A DNA stretch of 64,000 nt from positions 91,260-155,259 of the IMG/VR virus record IMGVR_UViG_2818991472_000001. One strand, written 5' to 3'. Under the pieces are notes generated by a model that saw nothing but the letters and a program-made list of their open reading frames with translations, was not told where the DNA came from and made no database searches. Of the stretch, positions 45,256 through 54,610 are shown piece after piece. The DNA is from a virus (taxonomy: Duplodnaviria; Caudoviricetes). The position numbers and the translations under genes were made by a program. Every line of letters starts with the position of its first letter. Within the stretch, counting starts at the first letter, position 1.

Positions 45256-45527
45256 CAGGCCCCCTTCGCGAAGGTGCGCTTGCACAGGACTTCCTCGGCG
45301 GGCCAGATGAGGAGGTCGTCGCCGTCGTGCACCGGGGTTCTGTGGCACGAGCAGGTCAGAGCCGGATCACCGTCGGCTCGGACGTAGGTGACGTGGTACG
45401 GAGGGTGCTCCGGCAGAACCGGGCGCGGCCTGGAGGTGAGCTGGCGCTGTCTCAGCTTCAGTACAGCCAGGACGACGAGGGTGGCGACGAAGCAGAAGAC
45501 CACGCCGTCGAGAGCCGTGCGGATCAT
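45255..45527 (-). CDS. small membrane-anchored protein
   Basis: N-terminal hydrophobic helix, CSCH; coupled at both ends. Confidence 0.6.
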   Translation of the reverse strand: MIRTALDGVVFCFVATLVVLAVLKLRQRQLTSRPRPVLPEHPPYHVTYVRADGDPALTCSCHRTPVHDGDDLLIWPAEEVLCKRTFAKGA

Positions 45528-46615
45528 GCCGCGTACTCCTCGTCGTCGTACGTGACCTCGTGCTCTGGGACGATCTCGCCGCTGACGGTGAGCAGGGCGC
45601 GCTGCCGGACCAGCTCGGTGAGTTCGGGCTTCTCCCGGAGGGCCTGCTTGACGTTGGCCCGGCCGACGATGTGCGTGCCGTCGGGGAGGCCGTACTTGCT
45701 GGCGTTGATCCGCTCGATCGCGCCGGTGGCGATGCCCAAGTTGAGTGCTTCGTCGGCCCGGTCGATGCCGATCGGCCCCCAGGTCGGGTGGTCGGCGGAG
45801 AACAGCCAGAAGTCGGCGGCGCGGCCCGGCGGCGCGAACTTGTTCCGGACGACCTTGGCGCGGAGCTGGCGGCCGATCTCCTCGTCCTTGACGGACTCGG
45901 AGACGGCGTCGGCAACCGGCACCTTGACGACTGGTTCGCCGGTCCTCTTCAGCTCGATCTTGGTCGTGGTGCAGTACTTGAGGATGTTCGGCCCGGCGCT
46001 CTTCTGGCCTCCGCGCGGGTTGCCGATGTCGGCCCTGTACTGGTTGACGAAGATGACCATGGCGTTCTTGGCCCGGCACAGGCTGGCGACCTGCTTGACC
46101 ATGCGGGAGATGACCTGCGAATTCTTGCCCATGGCGCTGTCCTCGGCGCTCTTCTCGAACGCCGCCTTGCTCTCCATGCCGCCGATCGAGTCCAGGCAGA
46201 CGACGGAGATGTCTCCGCTGCGCAGCAGCATCTTGGCGATGTCAGCGACGTCTTCGCTGTGGTCCGGGTAGATGTGGACGAAGCGGTCCTCGTCGAGGTC
46301 AAGGCCGAGTTTCTGGGCGTAGGCGAAGTCGAAGCTCTGCTCCATGTCGATGAGGGCGACGCCGCGATCGGGGAACATCTTCTGCGCGGAGGCCATGATC
46401 AGGGTGCAGAGCGAGGTCTTGCCGACGCCTTCCGGGCCGAGGATCTCGTGGGTGCGCCGCAGGGCGAGCCCTCCGATCCGCAGGGCGTGGTCGAGGGTGA
46501 TGGACCCTGTTGGCACGGCGACGGGCCGGGTCATGTCGTCGCGTCGCGTGACCTTGTCCCCGAAGGCTTTGGTCATGTCGGCGCGGAGTTTGCTGAGGCC
46601 CTTGGACGGGGGCAT
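45524..46615 (-). CDS. recA: phage-type RecA recombinase
   Basis: PTGSITLDHALRIGG, GPEGVGKT, IDME, LDS, FVNQYR, VVRNKFAPP. Confidence 0.9.
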   Translation of the reverse strand: MPPSKGLSKLRADMTKAFGDKVTRRDDMTRPVAVPTGSITLDHALRIGGLALRRTHEILGPEGVGKTSLCTLIMASAQKMFPDRGVALIDMEQSFDFAYAQKLGLDLDEDRFVHIYPDHSEDVADIAKMLLRSGDISVVCLDSIGGMESKAAFEKSAEDSAMGKNSQVISRMVKQVASLCRAKNAMVIFVNQYRADIGNPRGGQKSAGPNILKYCTTTKIELKRTGEPVVKVPVADAVSESVKDEEIGRQLRAKVVRNKFAPPGRAADFWLFSADHPTWGPIGIDRADEALNLGIATGAIERINASKYGLPDGTHIVGRANVKQALREKPELTELVRQRALLTVSGEIVPEHEVTYDDEEYAA

Positions 46616-46666
46616 GCGTCTCCTCTTGGCAGGGTTCGGTGGGCCGCTCGTGGCAGGGCGGGCGGC

Positions 46667-46954
46667 TCAGATTTCTTGGCGGAGGATCTCGCTGGCCCGG
46701 CCGGGCGGCCAGCCGACGGCCTGCTCCAGGAGCCAGAGGCGCGGCAGCCAGTAGCCCTCGGAGTTGTAGTCGGAGGCCGAGGGCACGTCGTCCGGGTGGC
46801 CGTAGACCCGGCCTCGTTCGAGGCGCAGGATGCTTCGGTCGGTGGACTTCATGACGGTGCCGACCTGCTTCCGCGTGAGGCCCGCAGCGACGCGGGCCTG
46901 CTCGGCCTCCCGGCCCAAGCGCCTCCAGGCGTCGACGGGGTGTTCCTCGCTCAC
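46667..46954 (-). CDS. XRE-family HTH protein
   Basis: WRRLGRE...ARVAAGLTRKQVG...LERG...LEQAVGWPPG. Confidence 0.75.
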   Translation of the reverse strand: MSEEHPVDAWRRLGREAEQARVAAGLTRKQVGTVMKSTDRSILRLERGRVYGHPDDVPSASDYNSEGYWLPRLWLLEQAVGWPPGRASEILRQEI

Positions 46955-47547
46955 TGCTCGTCCGCCGGGGTGGCGATGGCGCGGACGGTGTCGGCGAAGG
47001 CGCCCGCGACGGTGTCGCAGGCGTGCTCCAGGGCTTCCGCCGGGACGCCGAGGCCGTGCAGCTGCTGCAGGGCGGTGATGTACAGGTCGGCGATGCTGGA
47101 GATCTGGGCCCTCAGCTCTGCTCGGTTGGCGGGGAAGGGGAGGGTGGCCAGCCTGGTGAGGTCGGCGTCGGCCTGCTCCTGGGTCAGGTGCTCCCAGAGT
47201 CCGGGGCTGGAGGTCGGGCCGCCCGTGGAGACGGGCTCGGGCTCGGTGACGACCTTCACCGGACGGTCGAGGATGCGCAGGGAGGTGCCCCGGCCCCACT
47301 GGAGTGCCCTGTCGATGTTCGGCAGGAGGGGCATCAGGTTCTGGGGGGAGGCGTACGGGTGGCGGCTGACGCGGCCCTCCAGGAGGGCGGAGACCTGGTC
47401 GCTGGTGGCGTCGATGGCGTGGGCCAGGGCCTCGCGGTTGTCGTACTGGGACGGGTAGTCGCTGGTGATCTCCCGGCCGAGGCGAGCCCAGTCGGTCTTG
47501 CTGAAGGCGTAGGGGTCGATCGCGGTGTCGAAGCTCTCGGTGGTCAT
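46951..47547 (-). CDS. XRE-like HTH protein, paralog of 46667..46954
   Basis: WARLGRE...LLEGRV..HP...IDRALQWGRG...IL. Confidence 0.7.
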   Translation of the reverse strand: MTTESFDTAIDPYAFSKTDWARLGREITSDYPSQYDNREALAHAIDATSDQVSALLEGRVSRHPYASPQNLMPLLPNIDRALQWGRGTSLRILDRPVKVVTEPEPVSTGGPTSSPGLWEHLTQEQADADLTRLATLPFPANRAELRAQISSIADLYITALQQLHGLGVPAEALEHACDTVAGAFADTVRAIATPADEQ

Positions 47548-47558
47548 GCGGGTCTCCT

Positions 47559-50500
47559 TCACAGGGGCTGGTAGTCGGTGAGGGTGAAGCCTCGGTCGTT
47601 CTTGCGGACCTCGGCGAAGCAGAGTTGGCCGAGCTTGAAGCGGTGAAGCTCGGTGGCCCAGGCGTCGGGGAAGACCACGGCGGTCACGTCCCGCTCCTCG
47701 GTCTCCAGCTCCAGCCAGCCCATGGCCTTCGCGGGGTGCTTGCGGATGCTGCTGATCAGTGCCGCGACGATGTACCGGCCGTTGGGGGCGTTGCTGAGCT
47801 GGCTGGCTGTCTGGGTGCAGATCGCCCGTTCGACGGGGTCGATGCGGTCGAAGGGGGTGGAGCTGACGTAGCAGCCGAGCATGTCCCGTTCGATCTCGCG
47901 GATGTCCTCGGCGGTGTACGGCTGGACGTCGTGGAGCTGGAGGGCGGGGCGGGGCGTGTACTGGCGGCACGCCTTGGTGCAGCGCTTCGGGGGCTTCTTG
48001 CGGGGGAGCTTCTTGCCGGTCCGGGGGTTGACCGGGGCGGGCTCGTTGTCCCAGTCGAACCGGCAGGGCAGGCCGTTGGGGCCGGTGACGGTCTCGTCCT
48101 TGAGGCTGCAGCGGGTGTCGGCGCCGGTCTTCCGGGCGAGCAGCAGTGCTTCCAGGCCACGGCGGTTGGGGACGAGACTGTCGAAGGCGCCGACTCGGGC
48201 GAGGAGGGCGACCACGCCTGCGTTGGCCCCGCGCCCGCGCCTGGTCTCGAAGTCGGACCAGGAGCTGTACGGCTGGTGGGCTACGAGATCGGCCACCGCA
48301 CTCTCGCCGACGCCCTTGATGGAGTCGAGGCCGTACCGGACGGCGTAGGCGCTGGGGTCGATCGAGAAGCCCCGACCGGAGACGTTGACGTCCGGGGGGA
48401 GGACCGCGACGCCGAGGCGGCGGGACTCGCGGACGAACTCCGGGACGCGGTCCTTGTCGACGGTGGACATGGCCGCCTGGAGGAACTCGATCGGGTAGTG
48501 GACCTTGAGGAAGGCGGTCCAGAACGCGAGGATGCCGTAGGCGTAGGCGTGGCTCTTGTTGAAGGAGTACTTGCTGAACTCCGCCATCTGGTGCCACAGG
48601 TGCTCGGCGGCCTCGCGGGGCATGTCGGCGCGGGCGAGGAAGTCCTTCCCGGCGGCGGCGATCTTCTCGATCTTCTTCTTGCCGAGGATGGACCTGACGC
48701 CGTCGGCCTCCTCTTCGCTGTAGCCCGCGAGGAGCCGGGTGACGGCCATGACCTGCTCCTGGTAGATCATGCAGCCGTGGGTGGGCTCCAGGACCTCGCG
48801 CAGTCGCTCGTCGGGGTAGCTGGTCTGCTGCTTGCCTGCTCGCCTGCGGAGGTAGGCGTCGGTGAGTCCGGAGTTCATGGGGCCCGGCCGGACCAGGGTG
48901 ATCATGTCGGCCAGCTCCGGGAGGGAGCGGGGGCGCATCTGCTCGCAGAGCCGCGTGCCGGAGTGGGTCTCGATCTGGAAGACGCCGAGCACGTGGGCGT
49001 CCGCGATCTCCTCCCACACCATTGGGTCCTCGAACTGCTCCTCCCAGGCGTCGAGGTCGAGGATGATGCCGCGCTGCTCCCGGATCGCGTCGAGGCAGAC
49101 CTGGACGGTGTCGAGGGTGCGGAGGGTGAGCACGTCGAACTTAACCAGCCCGAGGTTCTCGACGTCAGCCATCGACCACTGGGTGACCATCTGCTCTTCG
49201 CCGTCGACGGAGCGCAGGGGCAGCCAGCCGGTGAGCGGGCGGTCGGTGGAGATGACGACTCCTGCTGCGTGGCGGCCGTAGCTCTTGAGGCGGCCGACCA
49301 GGCGCTCGGCCATGGCGAAGAGGTCGGGGTAGCGCTGGGCGTAGGGGGCGAGCTGGTCCCCGTGCTGGGTCCACAGTTCGTCCCATGACATGCCGAGCCC
49401 GGCGGTCCCGGCCTCGGCTTCGTCGATCAGGGCGCAGACCTTGCGGAGGTCCACGTGGGCGCCGTCGGGGAGGCGGGAGGCGAAGACGCGGCCGAGGTCG
49501 TTGATGACCGCCTTGTTCTTCAGCCGCAGCTCGGTGCCGATGCTGACGACGTGGTCCTGGCCGTAGCGCGAGCGCAGGTAGGCGAGGATGTCGGCCTTGC
49601 GGGAGGCGGGGAAGTCGACGTCGAAGTCCGGCAGGCCGCTTCGGCCGCGCGTCAGGAAGCGCTCGAAGAGGAGTGAGTGCCGGATGGGGTCGAGCGAGGT
49701 GATGCGGGTGAGGTAGGCGACGAGGCTTCCTCCGCCGGAGCCTCGTCCGGGCCCGACCAGGATGCCGTTGTCCTTCGCCCAGGAGCAGTAGTCCGCGACC
49801 ATCAGGTAGTAGCCGCAGAATCCTCGCTCGACCAGGAGGTCCATCTCCCGTTCGAAGCGGGAACGGTAGGTCTGCTGGTCGGCGGTGGCGGGGATGCGTC
49901 GCTGCCAGTTGGCCTCGCAGGTCTCGCGCAGGCGGCGGGCGTCGTCGTCGTGTGTGCCGTCCCTGGTGAACACGGGGGTGGTGGTGGTGCCTTCGATGCG
50001 CGCTGTGCAGCGGGCGGCGAGGACGGCAGTGTTGGTGACGGCCTCGTCGACGACGTCGGGTGCGAGGTAGGCGAGGGCGGCGCGGACTTCGGCCTCGGTC
50101 TGGAGGTAGAGGTCGAGGTCTTCGCTGAAGAGGTCCGTCTCGTCCTGGATGTCCTTGTTGGTCTGGACGGCAATCCAGGTGCTGTGGGCGTCGGCGTCGG
50201 CGCAGGTCGGGAAGTGCGAGTCGACGGTGGCCAGCAGCGGCAGGCCGTGTTCGCGGGCGAGGTCGATGAGCTGGTTGTTCAGGGCCTGCTGCTTGGGCAG
50301 CGTGTTGGTCTGGATCTCCACGTACAGGCGGCCGGGGAAGATCGCCATGAGGTGGGCCAGGCGCTGGCGGGCGGTCTCGGTGTCGCCGTCGGCGAGCGCG
50401 ACTGCGATGGGGCCGCGCAGGCAGCCGGTGGAGGCGATCACGCCGTCGGCGTGGCGCTGCAGGGTGCTCCAGTCCATGCGGGGCCTGCCGTAGTGGCCGT

Positions 50501-51200
50501 CCCGGTAGGACTCGGTGGAGGCTGCCCAGAGATTGCTCAGGCCGGTGTTGTTCTCGGCGTAGAGGCACAGGTGCCAGTAGTTGTTCCGGATGTGCTTCTG
50601 GGCTTCGGCGTCGCCTGGTGCTGGGCGGGCAAGCCGGTCGTCGACCAGGTTAGCTTCGATACCGAATACCGGGTGGAGGCCCGCTGCGTCGCAGGCTCGC
50701 TGGAGTTCGGGGTGGCCTGCGCAGGTGCCGTGGTCGGTGAGGCCGAGCGCGGTCTGACGGTCTGCGGCGACCTGGTGGACGGCCTCTCCCAGAGTGGACA
50801 GACCATCCAGGGCGCTGTACTCGGCATGGGTGTGGAGGTGGACAAAGTTGCTCCGTTGCGCATGTGCTGAGTTGCTTATCTCTGGTTTTGCTCGCTCTGC
50901 CTCTCCGATGGTCGGCAGTCCGTGCGGATGCCGGGTGAGGGCTTCGGGAGCCACGCTGTAGGTGCCGCTGGCGGTCTCTGTGCGCAGGTCGGCGAAGGTG
51001 TCGGCGGTGACGGCCTCGGCGGAGCCGTCGGAGGCCACACAGGCGATGCCTTCGGCTCCGGCCGCGAGCGCGCGGGCCCAGAGGCTGGCCGGGATGTTGT
51101 TCCACGTGTCGGTCGGAACGAGAAGCCAGCGGCTGGCGTCGTCGTCGTGCTCGACCAGGGCTGTGGTGGTGGACGGGTGGGTCTCGATGACGCGGTACAT
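47559..51200 (-). CDS. dnaE: DNA polymerase III alpha subunit (phage-encoded)
   Basis: FVHLHTHAEYSALDG, TDHG, GPGRGSGGGSLVAY, PDFDVDF, GRHAAG, KFDVL, SFNKSHA. Confidence 0.97.
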   Translation of the reverse strand: MYRVIETHPSTTTALVEHDDDASRWLLVPTDTWNNIPASLWARALAAGAEGIACVASDGSAEAVTADTFADLRTETASGTYSVAPEALTRHPHGLPTIGEAERAKPEISNSAHAQRSNFVHLHTHAEYSALDGLSTLGEAVHQVAADRQTALGLTDHGTCAGHPELQRACDAAGLHPVFGIEANLVDDRLARPAPGDAEAQKHIRNNYWHLCLYAENNTGLSNLWAASTESYRDGHYGRPRMDWSTLQRHADGVIASTGCLRGPIAVALADGDTETARQRLAHLMAIFPGRLYVEIQTNTLPKQQALNNQLIDLAREHGLPLLATVDSHFPTCADADAHSTWIAVQTNKDIQDETDLFSEDLDLYLQTEAEVRAALAYLAPDVVDEAVTNTAVLAARCTARIEGTTTTPVFTRDGTHDDDARRLRETCEANWQRRIPATADQQTYRSRFEREMDLLVERGFCGYYLMVADYCSWAKDNGILVGPGRGSGGGSLVAYLTRITSLDPIRHSLLFERFLTRGRSGLPDFDVDFPASRKADILAYLRSRYGQDHVVSIGTELRLKNKAVINDLGRVFASRLPDGAHVDLRKVCALIDEAEAGTAGLGMSWDELWTQHGDQLAPYAQRYPDLFAMAERLVGRLKSYGRHAAGVVISTDRPLTGWLPLRSVDGEEQMVTQWSMADVENLGLVKFDVLTLRTLDTVQVCLDAIREQRGIILDLDAWEEQFEDPMVWEEIADAHVLGVFQIETHSGTRLCEQMRPRSLPELADMITLVRPGPMNSGLTDAYLRRRAGKQQTSYPDERLREVLEPTHGCMIYQEQVMAVTRLLAGYSEEEADGVRSILGKKKIEKIAAAGKDFLARADMPREAAEHLWHQMAEFSKYSFNKSHAYAYGILAFWTAFLKVHYPIEFLQAAMSTVDKDRVPEFVRESRRLGVAVLPPDVNVSGRGFSIDPSAYAVRYGLDSIKGVGESAVADLVAHQPYSSWSDFETRRGRGANAGVVALLARVGAFDSLVPNRRGLEALLLARKTGADTRCSLKDETVTGPNGLPCRFDWDNEPAPVNPRTGKKLPRKKPPKRCTKACRQYTPRPALQLHDVQPYTAEDIREIERDMLGCYVSSTPFDRIDPVERAICTQTASQLSNAPNGRYIVAALISSIRKHPAKAMGWLELETEERDVTAVVFPDAWATELHRFKLGQLCFAEVRKNDRGFTLTDYQPL

Positions 51201-51297
51201 CGGCAGGATTCCCCGGCTGCAGGTGGCAGGTGGCAGGTGGCCGGGCCCGGCCGCGACTCGTGGCAGGCGAGTGCGGCCGGGCTGCTGGGGCCGAGCG

Positions 51298-52296
51298 TCA
51301 GTAGGGCGGCTCGTCGATCTCGGAGGCCGGGTGCTGCGGGGCCGACGACGGCGAGCCCATGCCTCGGATCTTGGCCCGCAGGTCTCCGCTCATCCGGGGC
51401 TTGGCCGGTGAGGCCCCGAGATCGGTGAGCGCGTTGCCGCCCTGGCCCGTGGCCACGACGTTGCCGTCCTTGTCCAGCTCGAACCGGGGGTCGAAGAACC
51501 GCGCGTAGTAGGCGTCGGACGCCTTCTCACCGATGATGGCGGCGAGGTTGAAGCTCCTCGTGTCCAGGGTCTGCAGGTACCGGTCCCAGGCCGGGGTGCC
51601 CGGCTTGAGGTCGGGCACCGGGTCGAGGCTGCTCACCTGGTAGGCGGTGTCCTTGCCGGTACCTTCCCGGGAGACCTTGTAGTCGCGGTCGCAGACGGTC
51701 TTGTGCAGGCCGTACATCTGCCGGAAGTGCGCGAAGAAGGTCTTCATCGGCTGGTTGATCACGATGATCTTCGGGAAGCGGTGGACGGCTCCGGTCGGCT
51801 GGCCGTCCTCGCCCGTCTCCTCGACCTGGACGGTCTTGTCCCGGATGCCGACGATGACGCCGAGCTTGGACGGGCCGCCGAGGGCCTCGCTGCCGTCGCC
51901 CTTGACCAGCTCGCGCTCGACCGCGAAGGCCCAGGCGCGGATCTGCGGTGTGGCGAGGTGGCCGAAGTTATTGCGCAGCTTGTTGTCGCAGATGTAGCAG
52001 CCGTCGAAGTGGCTGGCGAGCGCCTCGTCCTTGCGGCAGACGGCGGTCATCGACCGGGGCCAGTTGTCGACGCCTTCGGGGGCAGCCTTGGTCGGCACGA
52101 AGGAATGCTGGTCGACCCAGATCAGCTCGGGGTCGTCGGTCAGCATGCGAAGGATGATGCTCTCGCCGTCTTCGATCCCGAAGTACTCGGGCCCGTTGCT
52201 CCGCCGGGACTGAGCGGCCTTTCGGGCCTCGTCCTCGGCGGCGCTGGCGGCGTGTCCGCCGGTGCGGAAGCTGAAGGAAGGCGTGTTGGCAGTCAC
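51298..52296 (-). CDS. probable phage single-stranded DNA-binding protein (gp32-like)
   Basis: DGES..LR.L, H, C...CYIC, DRDYKVSR.GTGKDT.Y, acidic tail; between primase and DnaE. Confidence 0.6.
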   Translation of the reverse strand: MTANTPSFSFRTGGHAASAAEDEARKAAQSRRSNGPEYFGIEDGESIILRMLTDDPELIWVDQHSFVPTKAAPEGVDNWPRSMTAVCRKDEALASHFDGCYICDNKLRNNFGHLATPQIRAWAFAVERELVKGDGSEALGGPSKLGVIVGIRDKTVQVEETGEDGQPTGAVHRFPKIIVINQPMKTFFAHFRQMYGLHKTVCDRDYKVSREGTGKDTAYQVSSLDPVPDLKPGTPAWDRYLQTLDTRSFNLAAIIGEKASDAYYARFFDPRFELDKDGNVVATGQGGNALTDLGASPAKPRMSGDLRAKIRGMGSPSSAPQHPASEIDEPPY

Positions 52297-52351
52297 GCAT
52301 TTCTCCTGAATTCTTGGCAGGGTTTTTAGGGGGGGTACATCAGGTGAAAAT

Positions 52352-53086
52352 TCAGAGAGCAGCAGCGGTGGCAGTCGCGGCAGCAATCAGGAGTGGCGAG
52401 GGGTTCAGGTTTTCGTGCAGCAGGAAAATATGGACCCCGTCCACCTGGTGGATCTGGTATGCGTCGCTGTTGGCGCGATGGAATCCGACCGCCAGGCGGC
52501 GGATGGGTTCGCATCCAGCGAGTGCCGTGGCGAGATCCTGCTGCCAGAGGGCCAGCCTGTCGATGTCATCGCAGGTGGTGGCCTTGAGGTAGTAGGAGTA
52601 GCTCCACGGCGGGGTGGTTATTGGTCCTTGCCCATCAAAGCGTTGGGGTTCTGCGGTGTCAAGGCGCGAATCGCCTTCTGAATCTAGGTTGGCAGCGAAT
52701 GAGATACCCAGAGATGAAAGCATGTCGAGAGCTGTCGTGAAATTGCCTGCGGCGCTGTGCTGGGCGGCGATCGGCGCAGCGTGTCGCAGGAGGACTTCCA
52801 GGCTCCAGCGATCAGGGAAGAAGCCCTGCCAGGTGGCGTCGTAGGCGGCGCGGGTCCGGGGGTTCCACAGCTGCTTGAAGATGTAGGTGAGGCGGGGGCT
52901 TCCGGTGCCCCGGGCCTGGTAGGCGGCGAACAGCTCGGCGCGGGTGGCATGGGTGGGGACACCCAGCTCGGCGTAGTAGCCGTTGACGTCGGCGACGGGT
53001 GGCGCCTCGTACCGGGCCAGTTCGGTGGAGAGGCTGAGGGCTGCCCTGGCCGGGTCGCCGACCAGGATCAGCTCCTCCCCCGCCAT
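52352..53086 (-). CDS. J-domain-like protein without HPD
   Basis: YYAELGV...AT..EL..AY...L.NP..RAAYD. Confidence 0.65.
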   Translation of the reverse strand: MAGEELILVGDPARAALSLSTELARYEAPPVADVNGYYAELGVPTHATRAELFAAYQARGTGSPRLTYIFKQLWNPRTRAAYDATWQGFFPDRWSLEVLLRHAAPIAAQHSAAGNFTTALDMLSSLGISFAANLDSEGDSRLDTAEPQRFDGQGPITTPPWSYSYYLKATTCDDIDRLALWQQDLATALAGCEPIRRLAVGFHRANSDAYQIHQVDGVHIFLLHENLNPSPLLIAAATATAAAL

Positions 53087-53091
53087 ATGCC

Positions 53092-53226
53092 CTACTCCTC
53101 GGTCGGTTCCTCTTCCAGCAGCACACGGCGCTGCTCGTCGGTGAGCCCGGCGCTCTTAGCGAGCGGTGGGTCCGGCTGGGAGTCGTCGCGGCTGATCACG
53201 CTACCGGCACCGGTCTTTCTGAGCAT
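53092..53226 (-). CDS. 44-aa hypothetical protein
   Basis: MLRKTGAGSVIS...; fills the gap; preceded by GGAGG and motif C. Confidence 0.45.
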   Translation of the reverse strand: MLRKTGAGSVISRDDSQPDPPLAKSAGLTDEQRRVLLEEEPTEE

Positions 53227-53265
53227 CCTCGGCCTCCTGCTGTCGTCGGTCACCCCTTCGTGGTG

Positions 53266-54369
53266 TCAGGCGGGGGGATGGCAGGGCTGGCCGGGGTGGG
53301 CGTGGCGGTGGCAGCGGTGGCAGAACAGCTGGGCGGGGCGTTGCCAGACGGGCCAGGGGACGGCGGCTTGGTGGATCAGGGCCTCCGCGCTGGGGGTGTC
53401 CAGGTCTGCAGGGTCGGCTGCGTACGGGCTGTCGACCACGAGGACGTTGTGGCGGCGTGAGGTCTTCTCGGCGATGCCTTCGAGGTAGTGACCGCGCTCG
53501 GTGAAGCGGGACTCGGTGGCGTTCCACCCGGCGGTGTCGTTGTCGAGCCACCAGATCAGGGTCTCCGCCCAGGGCGGGACGAGGTCCAGCTGCCGGTCGG
53601 TGATCTCAGCACCGAAGGTGGCCCGCATCGGGATGGCCAGGCCGTGGCGCAGGACGCTCATCGGGGATTCGACCATGACGAGGCAGCGCCCGGTGACCTC
53701 GGGGAAGGGGTTGTAGAGGGTGGAGTCCTTGGGGAAGCCGGGTGTGTTGAGGTACTTGGGGGTGCCGTCGCGCTCCAGCCGTCGGGACTGCCAGCCGACG
53801 AGATTGCCGTTCCAGCGGTGCGGGATGACGGCCCGGCGGCCCATGTAGTTGCCCTCTCGGTCCCGGCCGGGCGGGGAGCTGCAGATTCCGGCGCGGGAGG
53901 CGTTGGCCTGCGGGATCTGGCGCTCGCCGAGGATGTAGTCGGGGATGCCCTGCCAGGGGGTGAGGACCTGGTCTGCGTAGCGGGGCAGTGGCTCTGGGCG
54001 GGTGGGGGTGTAGATGCTGTCGAAGAGGTTGAGCAGGTCGGGCAGCTCCATGGCCCGGTTGAGTCCTGCCTGCCCGGTGAGCCAGGCGCGGGCCTGCTCG
54101 ACGGTGGTGTCCTGGACGGTCGCGATGAGCCACAGGGCGGTGCCGCCGCTGCCGGAGAAGCAGTTGTAGAGCCACCGGTCCCAGTTCAGGGAGGCGGTGG
54201 GGTTGCGGGCCTGGTCAGTGTGGTGGGGACAGACCAGGCAGCCGTGGATCAGTTCCGTGCCGCGCCGCTGGATGTTGGTAGCGCCCAGCTCGGCGAGCAG
54301 GTCGAGGGCGAGGCGTTCCTTGTGGGCGTCCGGCAGGGCGACCAGGTCGTGGAGGTCACTGCTGCTCAT
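53266..54369 (-). CDS. DNA primase (Zn-binding + TOPRIM)
   Basis: C...H.D..PTAS...YNCF, VGWQSR, PKYLNT, VES, LDNDTAG, DPAD. Confidence 0.9.
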   Translation of the reverse strand: MSSSDLHDLVALPDAHKERLALDLLAELGATNIQRRGTELIHGCLVCPHHTDQARNPTASLNWDRWLYNCFSGSGGTALWLIATVQDTTVEQARAWLTGQAGLNRAMELPDLLNLFDSIYTPTRPEPLPRYADQVLTPWQGIPDYILGERQIPQANASRAGICSSPPGRDREGNYMGRRAVIPHRWNGNLVGWQSRRLERDGTPKYLNTPGFPKDSTLYNPFPEVTGRCLVMVESPMSVLRHGLAIPMRATFGAEITDRQLDLVPPWAETLIWWLDNDTAGWNATESRFTERGHYLEGIAEKTSRRHNVLVVDSPYAADPADLDTPSAEALIHQAAVPWPVWQRPAQLFCHRCHRHAHPGQPCHPPA

Positions 54370-54610
54370 AGTCGGCCGTTCGCTCGCACCAGGTGTATCC
54401 GCAGCGCAGGCAGGCTCGGCACAGGTGCTCGGTGAGCATGTCGGAGATCTGGGTCGGGTCGTCGGCCAGTTGCAGGGCGTGCTGGTACTCGGTGTCGCAC
54501 TCCCCGACCACGACGGCGGGGTGGTAATGGGTTATGGTCTCGCCGCTGCAGCATTTGATGCAGGTGGAGGAGTTGTCTTCGGTACGCCGGAACGGCTTGA
54601 TCCAGTCCAT
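54356..54610 (-). CDS. small Zn-ribbon protein
   Basis: CIKC...EHLCRACLRCGYTW. Confidence 0.6.
   Translation of the reverse strand: MDWIKPFRRTEDNSSTCIKCCSGETITHYHPAVVVGECDTEYQHALQLADDPTQISDMLTEHLCRACLRCGYTWCERTADYEQQ

Noticed and set aside
47559-51200. Intein in DnaE (also checked RecA, DnaB-like helicase and terminase)
   Set aside because: Lengths and motif spacing leave no room, and no Cys...His-Asn splice junctions are visible.
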